A stretch of 64,000 nucleotides of DNA from Deltaproteobacteria bacterium (GTDB taxonomy: Bacteria > UBA10199 > JACPAL01 > GCA-016699445). Position numbers and translations under genes: made by a program. Below the pieces are notes generated by a model. That model saw nothing but the letters and a program-made list of their open reading frames with translations. It had not been told where the DNA came from and made no database searches. The DNA is taken from assembly GCA_016699445.1 (NCBI GenBank), contig CP064976.1, positions 2,478,162-2,542,161 of the forward strand, read 5' to 3'. Every line of letters begins with the position of its first letter. Positions within the stretch are counted from its first letter, which is position 1. Shown here piece after piece: positions 21,584-29,794 of this stretch.

Positions 21584-22177
21584 TTAGTGAGTCTTTATTC
21601 CATTAATAGACTGCAGTTCGATAATAGCTTCGTCATGCTGTTGTACTTTATGTGCAACATAATCCATTTTCTCATTAAGCTCAGAAATTCCCTGTGTGTT
21701 TTGATCAACTTTAAGACTTAATGAAGCAATATCACCTTTAAGTTCAGTCCTAAGATCCTGCATATCACCTTTAAGTTCAGTCCTAAGATCCTGCATATCA
21801 CCTTTAAGTTCAGTTCTAAGATCCTGAATATCACCTTTAAGTTCGGTTCTAAGATCCTGAATATCACCTTTGAGTTCGGTTCTAAGATCCTGAATATCAC
21901 CTTTAAGTTCGGTTCTGAACGTTTCAATTTTGTCTACAAGTGATCTTCTTGTAAAATCTAATTCGTCTCTAATATCTTTGATATCGAGTTTGATGGTTTG
22001 AATCTCTTCTTTCATGCTTGCTTGAAATCCAAGCAAACCTTCAGCAACAGCTCTAAACTCACTTTTCAGATCCTCAACCAAAACTGCAGTGTAATGGGAA
22101 ACTGATTCTGACTTATTGGAAATATCAGAAACTTTTTTGGTGCTTTTAAGGGCTTTTTTAGACGTGCTTTTTTTCAT
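21584..22177 (-). CDS. Coiled-coil protein with 11-aa (hendecad) repeats; resembles DUF1640/BDR-type proteins
   Basis: Likely start MKKSTSKK at 22177; basic N-terminus, then VLVEDLKSEFRAVAEG, then TELKGD(I/M)QDLR repeats. Confidence 0.7.
   Translation of the reverse strand: MKKSTSKKALKSTKKVSDISNKSESVSHYTAVLVEDLKSEFRAVAEGLLGFQASMKEEIQTIKLDIKDIRDELDFTRRSLVDKIETFRTELKGDIQDLRTELKGDIQDLRTELKGDIQDLRTELKGDMQDLRTELKGDMQDLRTELKGDIASLSLKVDQNTQGISELNEKMDYVAHKVQQHDEAIIELQSINGIKTH
21729..21916 (-). repeat. 5.7 tandem copies of a 33-bp unit (coding VNTR)
   Basis: Plus-strand unit ATATCACCTTT(A/G)AGTTC(A/G)GT(C/T)CTAAGATCCTG(C/A) starting at 21729, 21762, 21795, 21828, 21861 and 21894 (partial); no spacers. 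Confidence 0.95.
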
Positions 22178-22267
22178 CGCGAAGGGCGAACTTACAGAAC
22201 GAAAAAGAAAAAGCAAAGCCTTTGAAGTCCTGCATGAAATATTCTTAAAATTATCAATCTGAAAAAA

Positions 22268-22294
22268 TTATCGGAATGATAAGTCCGTTTTTTC
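22268..22294 (-). promoter_or_regulatory. Candidate sigma-28-like promoter for the coiled-coil gene
   Basis: Minus strand GAAA-N15-TCCGATAA (7/8 match to GCCGATAA). Confidence 0.3.
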
Positions 22295-22417
22295 CCAAAA
22301 AAAATTATAAGAAGTGTAACAAGAGTCACTTGTCACTGGCATGAGAAGTGCTTGAGTGATAAGCTTTGGGAAAATTTTCACCTATGAGGGGTATTATCTG
22401 CATTTTTAAGAGGGATT

Positions 22418-25400
22418 ATGAAGAAAATAAAATCTGTATTAATTGTTATCGTAATAAGTCTGATTCTTTCATCACGAGTCATGGCGGTGTCGAATAATCC
22501 GATGCAGTCAGCTGACTCAGCTCCAGTGCCTTACGGAACAGTTTATGCGACAGCTATAGATGCAACGGGTAGAACCTATATTGGTGGTAATTTTTCACAT
22601 GTGGGATCTTATACGGGTAACGGCATCATTGCGGATGCTTCAACAGGTGCTTTGGCGTCAGTATATCCAAAAGTAAATGGACCTGTCATGGCTGCTGCTT
22701 CTGATGGAGCGGGAGGGTGGTATATTGGTGGTGCCTTTACCCGAGTGGGAGATGTCTCGAGGACACGGTTAGCTCACATACTCAGTGATGGATCTGTGGA
22801 TCCTGATTGGACTCCTGCTGCCAGTGCTTCGGTTAATTCCATTGTAGTCAGTGGTACAGGTGCCAGTGCAATTATTTATTTAGGTGGAGATTTTGTTACA
22901 GTCACCCCTCAGGGATCAACCACGCCCTCTACAACCAATCGTATTGCAGCTCTTACAAGTACTGGTAGTCTTCTGAGTGGATTTACTTATCCTTGTAATA
23001 TCAACGATACTGTCAAAACGTTATTTCTCCAAGGATCTACGCTTTATGTTGGTGGAAAATTTTCTAATGTCAGCTGTTCATCGACGACGTTTAATAGGAT
23101 TATTTCTTTTAATGCGACTAGTGGATCTGTGATAACAAGTTTTGCTCCTAATTTAGAAGCTGAGGTTAATGATATCGTTTCCGACGGAACCTATGTTTAT
23201 GTAGCGGGGCTTTTTGCTAGTAAATTGGCTCGTTTCAATCCTGCTACCGGTATTGTTGATAGTGCATGGATACCAGCACCTGATCAACCACCTACGTCTC
23301 TGGCTCTTAGTGGAGGGAATCTTTATGTGGGTGGATTTTTTAATCGTATTGGTGGTCAGTCCCGTACATGTCTGGCTTCCCTCAGCACTTCCTCAGGTGC
23401 AGTGACTGTTTCTTCATGGGCTCCCTATCTTGGCAGTAGAAATGGCTCACTTAGTGTTTATAATATATCAATTTCGGGTACCCGTATTTTTGTTACAGGG
23501 AATTTTAGTGCAGCTAATTCTAGCGGTAGAAGCTATGTGGGCGCCTTGCTTCGTCACTCAGCAGCTTCTTTTGAACTGAGTGGAGGAGCTCTTACATCAT
23601 GGAATCCAAACTTGAGCAGCTTCACTAATCATTTTGCGCTCACTTCTGATGGTACTCATATTTATATGGGCGGTACTTTTAATTCAGCGGGGGCTGGATC
23701 ATCTCAAGCTCGAAGTGGTTTTGCTTTAATCAATTCTGATGGGAGTCTTGATGAGAGCTGTAAACCTTCTTTTACAGCTTCCCTTGATCTTTCAGTATAC
23801 GATATCGCCCTAGATGGAGCTTACATTTATGTGGGTGGTAGTTTTGACTCTGTGACTATTGGAAGTGTCACAACAAGTCGTCAGAAAATTGCCCGACTGA
23901 ATGCCTCTGATTGTAGTTTGGATGCGTGGTATCCAGGGAATCTCAATGATAGTGTGGAGTCGATCCTTGTGAGAGCCCCCTATGTTTATTTTTCGGGTTC
24001 ATTTTCTCGTGTTGGAACAGATTCAACATATGGTGGTGCTGCAAGAATGACGATTGCGGGTAGTTTAGATACAACTTGGAAACCTCTTTTTGAGAGTGGC
24101 TATGATGTAAAAACTATGAGTCTCTCTGAAGACGGTTCTCTTCTTTTTGCTGGAGGAAATTTTACTACAGTTAATAGTAGTGCTCAGCCAAACTTTGCGG
24201 TTATCGATTCGACTCCCACAAGTACTGGTGTCTTGTCTCCAGTGTGGATTGATGTTCCTAAACCTAATAATCTTGTATATTCCATCGTTCATGATGACAC
24301 TGAACTCTATATAGGGGGGGGCTTGACAGCGATAGGTGCAGGGCCTGCTCTTATAGCGCGTTCCTATCTTGCGGCCTACACTCTTTCTACGGCGAGCTTG
24401 GATACTGTATGGGTTCCTAGTCTGGTAGGTTCTCAAGTTTCTGATATGACATTATCCGCAGATGGAGATCGCCTCTTAGTTGTGGGACAATTTTCAGCTT
24501 TAGGAGGTGCTCCTCATTTCAATTTTGGAGCTATTTCTACAACAGATACAGGTACTGTAAAAAATTGGTCACCCAACTTTTCTGTAGCAATGGGAGGTTC
24601 TGTCGCTACCGATGGTAGTATTGTGACTTTAGGTGGGAATGGTATTTCGGATGTATCACGTTATTCTGCGAATGAATCTTTTGCCCGTTTTGCCATTCCT
24701 TCAGTCTCTTTTGCTTCAGCCGCATCATCAACACCAGAAAGTGCTTCAGCTCTTATCCCTTTGACACTTTCTGTAGCGGATCCGGATCCGATTACAGTCA
24801 GTTATATGATTGCCGATGGCACCACCACATCCGCTGATTATACGGCGAGTTCGTCGGTTGTTATTCCATCAGGGAGTACGACGGCAAATATCAATATTAG
24901 GATTAATGATGATTATTACTACGAGCCTTCAGAAACCATGACTTTAAGTTTTTCAGATGTAGGTGGGGCTGCTTTTGGCAGTATTTTAAGTCATACATTG
25001 ACAATAAATGATAACGACCCCCCTCCCACGATCTCTTTTAATATTACAGGTATGGAGAATTTTAATGAAAATGCTGGGGTGGTGGATATTAAAGTCAGAG
25101 CAAGCTCTGAGCCTCATCAAAATCCAATTACAGTTCTTTGTGAAACTACAACTTCCGGAACAGCTACGGTGGGATCAGATTTTCTCGCTACGTCTACGAC
25201 ACTGACGTTTACCTCTGACATAAACCTTCTAAACTGTTCTATTCCTATTATTGATGATACCCTTCAAGAAGGGAATGAAACGGTGAACCTTAGACTCTCA
25301 GGAGTCACTGGTGGAGCCAGTTTGGGGACAAGTGAGAAAACATTTATCATTAATGCCAATGACTCCCCTCAAGTCAGTAGGGGATCTGGTGGCTCAAGTG

Positions 25401-25579
25401 AGAGTGGTGGGGCTTCAGAGACTGGCTCTGGAGGATCTATGGCATCAGGTGGAGCTACCGTTGAAGGCTCTGGTGGTATTTCATCAGGAACAGCCGGTGA
25501 TACGGGAGCTCCTACAGGGACTGAGCCCTCGACGTCTTCATCAAATTCCGGTGGGGGATGTTCTTTGATCCTTCGATAA
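22418..25579 (+). CDS. Large secreted beta-propeller + two Calx-beta-like domains, S/G/T-rich linker, C-terminal GGGCSLILR
   Basis: Signal peptide ending ...RVMA; about 14 Y(I/V)GGxF-type blades; Calx-beta-like motifs (INIRINDDYYYEPSETMTL, IPIIDDTLQEGNETVNL). Confidence 0.75.
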   Translation: MKKIKSVLIVIVISLILSSRVMAVSNNPMQSADSAPVPYGTVYATAIDATGRTYIGGNFSHVGSYTGNGIIADASTGALASVYPKVNGPVMAAASDGAGGWYIGGAFTRVGDVSRTRLAHILSDGSVDPDWTPAASASVNSIVVSGTGASAIIYLGGDFVTVTPQGSTTPSTTNRIAALTSTGSLLSGFTYPCNINDTVKTLFLQGSTLYVGGKFSNVSCSSTTFNRIISFNATSGSVITSFAPNLEAEVNDIVSDGTYVYVAGLFASKLARFNPATGIVDSAWIPAPDQPPTSLALSGGNLYVGGFFNRIGGQSRTCLASLSTSSGAVTVSSWAPYLGSRNGSLSVYNISISGTRIFVTGNFSAANSSGRSYVGALLRHSAASFELSGGALTSWNPNLSSFTNHFALTSDGTHIYMGGTFNSAGAGSSQARSGFALINSDGSLDESCKPSFTASLDLSVYDIALDGAYIYVGGSFDSVTIGSVTTSRQKIARLNASDCSLDAWYPGNLNDSVESILVRAPYVYFSGSFSRVGTDSTYGGAARMTIAGSLDTTWKPLFESGYDVKTMSLSEDGSLLFAGGNFTTVNSSAQPNFAVIDSTPTSTGVLSPVWIDVPKPNNLVYSIVHDDTELYIGGGLTAIGAGPALIARSYLAAYTLSTASLDTVWVPSLVGSQVSDMTLSADGDRLLVVGQFSALGGAPHFNFGAISTTDTGTVKNWSPNFSVAMGGSVATDGSIVTLGGNGISDVSRYSANESFARFAIPSVSFASAASSTPESASALIPLTLSVADPDPITVSYMIADGTTTSADYTASSSVVIPSGSTTANINIRINDDYYYEPSETMTLSFSDVGGAAFGSILSHTLTINDNDPPPTISFNITGMENFNENAGVVDIKVRASSEPHQNPITVLCETTTSGTATVGSDFLATSTTLTFTSDINLLNCSIPIIDDTLQEGNETVNLRLSGVTGGASLGTSEKTFIINANDSPQVSRGSGGSSESGGASETGSGGSMASGGATVEGSGGISSGTAGDTGAPTGTEPSTSSSNSGGGCSLILR

Positions 25580-25660
25580 CCTGATCATCGTCATATTTTT
25601 TTCTCAAAATCGAAAAAAACGCGTGAAATTTTAAAAATACTATTGTAGGCACGCCGACCT

Positions 25661-26782
25661 ATGAAAAGAGTCTCCCCTACAGTTATCGAAGTCGATCTGG
25701 AAGCTATTCGACATAATTACAAACAATTACGCAAACGTTACCCAGCGTCCGCGAAGACATTATGTGTTGTAAAATCAAATGCTTATGGTCATGGAGCCGG
25801 TCGTGTGGCCAAGGTGCTGCAGGAAGAAGGGTCTGATTGGTTTGGGACCGGTACGGTGGATGAAGGGCTGGAATTGCGTGAGTCGGGAGTTAAAAAGCCC
25901 ATCCTCCTTTTGATGGGAATGATCGAAGGTCACCCCAGCTGTACACTACGCTACCAGCTGACTCCTGTTGTTTATGAAATTTCAGAAGCTGAAAAATTGC
26001 ATGAATTTTTAGCTCATTCGAAGCGTAAGCTGCCGATTCATATTAAAGTAGATACGGGAATGAGTCGGTTAGGTGTTTTGCCTCGTGAGTTTGGGGCTTT
26101 TTGTGATCGTTTGAAGCCTTTGAGTTCTTTGGATCCTGTGGGTTTGATGACTCATTTTTCTGATGTGGCCAATGCTGAATGGACCACCAAACAAACCAAA
26201 CTTTTTGATGCCGCCAAGACGATCTTTTTGGAAAAATTTCCTGGGCCCAAAGTTTTTCACATGGCCAATACGCAAGCAGCTATTGAGGGTAAAGTCGGGA
26301 TGGGAGATTCAGACTGGATGGTGCGTTTGGGAATTTCTCTTTATGGGGCTTATCCGCTTGAAAAAGATAAGAAGTTGGTGGACCTCCAGCCCGCTTTGAC
26401 TCTTAAGAGTAAAGTCATCAGTGTGAAGAAGATTCCAGCAAAAACTCCGGTGAGTTATCTGCGTTCTTATGTGACTAAAAAGGACAGTGTGATTGGGGTG
26501 ATTCCTGTGGGTTATGCTGATGGTTACCCTCGTTGTTTGTCCAATGAAGCTCATGTTTTGATCCGTGGTAAGAGAGTTCCTGTGATTGGGATTGTGACGA
26601 TGGATATGATCATGGTGGATTTGACCTCATTACCCAATGCTAAGGTTGGAGAAGAAGTGGTCTTGATTGGAACGCAAGCTAAAGAAGAAATTCGTGTGGA
26701 AGAAGTGGCGAAATGGGCTGATACGATTTCTTACGAAATCTTGAGTCGTCTTTCACCACGTATCCCACGTGTTTACATCTAA
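25661..26782 (+). CDS. alr: Alanine racemase
   Basis: VVKSNAYGHG PLP-lysine motif, HIKVDTGMSRLG, VGYADG, TISYEIL. Confidence 0.97.
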   Translation: MKRVSPTVIEVDLEAIRHNYKQLRKRYPASAKTLCVVKSNAYGHGAGRVAKVLQEEGSDWFGTGTVDEGLELRESGVKKPILLLMGMIEGHPSCTLRYQLTPVVYEISEAEKLHEFLAHSKRKLPIHIKVDTGMSRLGVLPREFGAFCDRLKPLSSLDPVGLMTHFSDVANAEWTTKQTKLFDAAKTIFLEKFPGPKVFHMANTQAAIEGKVGMGDSDWMVRLGISLYGAYPLEKDKKLVDLQPALTLKSKVISVKKIPAKTPVSYLRSYVTKKDSVIGVIPVGYADGYPRCLSNEAHVLIRGKRVPVIGIVTMDMIMVDLTSLPNAKVGEEVVLIGTQAKEEIRVEEVAKWADTISYEILSRLSPRIPRVYI

Positions 26783-27590
26783 TGTCCCTTCAACAAACAG
26801 TCCAAAAACCAGTAGAGATTTTGGAAAAATCATTCTCTCGTTTATTCATGAGTTGGGTGAGTTTTTGTTTTTTACCCGTGAGTTTTTTCATTGGCTTTTT
26901 CAAAGGCCCTATCGATCCTCTTTGATTGTTCAACAAATGGAATTTATTGGAGTGCGTTCGCTACCGATCATTCTTTTGACTGGTGGTTTTACAGGAATGG
27001 TCTTTGGTCTGCAGACAGGTTATGCCTTTCGTCTTTTTAATGCTGGAAGTTTTGTGGGCTCGACTGTGGGCCTTGCGTTGACTCGTGAAATTGCTCCTGT
27101 GTTTACAGCTTTGATGGTAGTGGCGCGGTGTGGTTCGGCTATGGCAGCTTCCATTGGAACCATGAAAGTGACCGAACAAGTCGATGCTTTGACCACGATG
27201 GCTGTGAGTCCTATTCACTATCTGGTTGTGCCACGCGTGGTGGCGTCGGTGTTGATGATGCCATTGTTGACGGGTGTGTTTATTGGGGTGGGCACTTTTG
27301 GTGCTTATATCGTCGCTACGGGACTTTTGAATATTGATCCCAATGCTTTCATGCAAAAGCTTACCTATTATGTGGATTTTGATGATGTGTTTGGTGGCAT
27401 GATCAAAGCCGCTGTCTTTGGATTTTTTCTTTCGATCATCAGCTGTGAGCGTGGTTATAAAACAACCAAAGGCGCTGAAGGTGTCGGTCTCTCAACAACT
27501 CAAGCAGTTGTGATTTCTTCTGTGTCCATTCTCATTGTTGATTATTTTCTCACTTCCTGGATCCTCGAATTTTTTTCGGGGGATATGTGA
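26782..27590 (+). CDS. mlaE: MlaE-family ABC permease (apparent frameshift near 26821)
   Basis: GVRSLPIILLTG.F.GMV, REIAPVFTALMVVARCGSAMAASIGTMKVTEQVDAL motifs; probable ATG overlaps the alr stop. Confidence 0.92.
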
Positions 27591-27618
27591 TGATGGGCGC
27601 TTCTAAAAAATATGTGGG

Positions 27619-27705
27619 TGTCATCACGAGGAGGCCGAAGGCCGACGTGGTGATCTCATACAAACATTTGATTAGGGAGATCGCCACGCTACGCTCGCGA
27701 TGACA
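27619..27705. repeat. 87-bp branched palindromic element (family 2), intergenic copy
   Basis: Outer arms TGTCATCACGAG/CTCGCGATGACA, inner arms CGTGGTGATCTC/GAGATCGCCACG, small GGCC-GAA-GGCC hairpin; homologous to 58166-58255. Confidence 0.88.
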
Positions 27706-27709
27706 GACA

Positions 27710-28474
27710 ATGCAGCCTATGATACAGTTTCAAAATGTGACCAAATCTTTCGGCACTCAAGTTGTGTTGAATCATATTTCATTTGAAATCCCCGCAGGAA
27801 AATTGACAGTAATTTTAGGCCCTAGTGGTGAAGGTAAATCAGTACTTTTGAAACATATTATTGGATTGATGAAGCCAGACGAAGGCAAAGTCATTGTCGA
27901 TGGTGTGGATCTCTGGTCCTTATCTGACAAAGAGAGGACTGAATTTCGGAAAAAATTTGGAATGCTTTTTCAAAGTGCTGCGTTGTTTGATTCGATGACA
28001 GTTTTTGAAAATGTGGCTTTTCCTATAAGAGAACATACGTCGTTGTCGGAAGAAGAGATTAAATCAAAAGTTTTGGAAAAATTAAAAATGGTAGGATTAG
28101 AAAAGGCCATTGATAAAATTCCTTCAGAACTTTCCGGTGGTATGCGTAAACGTGTGGGATTAGCGCGAGCGATTGCTCTGGAGCCTAAGATTCTTTTGTA
28201 TGATGAGCCGACGACTGGTTTGGATCCTTTGATGACAGAGTCGATTAATCAGCTCATTTATGAAACCCAAAAGAAACTTAATGGTCAAAATTCTGTGACT
28301 TCAGTGGTGATCAGTCATGATGTGGAATCGACATTTCGGGTTGCTGACTTGGTTGTGCTTTTGTATCGCGGACAGATTATTGCCGAAGGACGTCCGGACG
28401 ATTTTAAAAACGGTAAGTTTACACATCCTTTTGTGAAAGAATTCTTAAGGGGGCATTTTGAAAAAAACATCTGA
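27710..28474 (+). CDS. mlaF: MlaF-family ABC ATPase
   Basis: Walker A GPSGEGKS, signature LSGGMRKRVGLARA, Walker B LLYDEPTTGLDP, SHD. Confidence 0.95.
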   Translation: MQPMIQFQNVTKSFGTQVVLNHISFEIPAGKLTVILGPSGEGKSVLLKHIIGLMKPDEGKVIVDGVDLWSLSDKERTEFRKKFGMLFQSAALFDSMTVFENVAFPIREHTSLSEEEIKSKVLEKLKMVGLEKAIDKIPSELSGGMRKRVGLARAIALEPKILLYDEPTTGLDPLMTESINQLIYETQKKLNGQNSVTSVVISHDVESTFRVADLVVLLYRGQIIAEGRPDDFKNGKFTHPFVKEFLRGHFEKNI

Positions 28475-29794
28475 ATTTCAAGTCGGACTCTTTGCCCTGA
28501 TTGCCATTCTTCTTATTGCGTACATGAGTTTTCGCGTGAGTGAAGGTGGGCTTTTTAAGGGAGGGGATTATCAAGTCAAAGTCTTGATCGATTCTGCTGA
28601 AGGTTTGACCAAAAAAACACCCGTAGAGATTGCGGGTATTCAAGTGGGCTACATTGATCATTTAGAGCTTCATGACGGCTCGCGAGCTTTGGCGATCTTA
28701 CGTGTGAATAAGCAAGTGCAGTTGGGACAAAATGCTAAAGCTCAAATTCGCACTAAAGGATTTTAGGTGAGACTTATGTGGATCTTTTGCCTGGAGATTT
28801 TTCAACGGGTTTGATTGGTCCTGGTGGAGAAATTCGTGCGACCAATCCTTATGTGGATTTAGGTCAAATAGCTTCTGATGTGCGTGAGGTTACTTCAGCG
28901 ATTAAAAAGATGATTGCCGATGATGGGCAAGGTCCGGTGACGCGTATTTTGAAAAACATGGAGACGTTTACCGAAAAGCTTTCTCAAATGACGGTTCAAA
29001 ATCAGCAAAACGTCAATGAGATCGTTGAAAATTTGAGACAATTTTCCGGCAATCTCAATGGTTTGATGGCGGAAAAACGTGAAACTTTAAGCGAAACGAT
29101 GGATCGGATTAATTCAGTGTCTCGAAAAATCGACGAGGGCCGCGGTACTGTTGGACGTTTGATTAATGATGGAGAACTGGCTCAAAATTTAAGCGAAACT
29201 TCGCGTGGATTAAACGATACTTTGGGTGGCATCAGTCGTTATCAAATCGAAATGGCTTACCATCTGGAATATCTTGGCCGTTCGAAAGATTATAAAAATT
29301 ATGCGGGCCTGATTTTTAAACCACGTCCGGATAAGTATTTTATGGCAGAAGTTATTGTGGATCCCGATCCGTCGCCGATTATTACACACCGCACGACAAC
29401 CATTACCACGGGAGGCTCGAGTACGACGGTTGAAGCTAATCAGTCTGCAGTTGAGCGCAATGCCTTTTTGTTTTCTATCCAAATGGCTAAACAGTTTTAT
29501 GATTTTACATTTCGTGGTGGTTTGATTGAATCTCGTGGTGGAGTCGGTATTGATTATGATTTAGGACCGGCTCAGGTTCAATTTTCTGCTTTTGATTTTG
29601 GCACTAAAGAAGGCCGCAAGCCTCATTTGAAAACCTTGGGTAAGCTTAATGTCACCAATAATTTTTTCCTCGTCGGTGGGTATGACGACTGGATAAATGT
29701 TGATCATGATCAAAGAAATTGGTTTATGGGCGCCGGTTTTCAATTGGTGGATAATGACATCAAGAGTTTGTTGGGGGCAGCAAGTTTTAGATAA
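28458..29794 (+). CDS. mlaD: Long MlaD/MCE protein (TM-MCE-helical-beta-rich C-terminus; apparent frameshift near 28763)
   Basis: FQVGLF TM anchor and MCE domain (GL...TPVEIAGIQVG.I) in ORF 28458-28766; GGA TTT [T]TA GGT GAG joins ORF 28778-29794. Confidence 0.88.

Noticed and set aside
21729-21916. 33-bp direct repeats as a CRISPR array
   Set aside because: Units are contiguous with no spacers, keep the reading frame of a coiled-coil ORF, and there are no cas genes.
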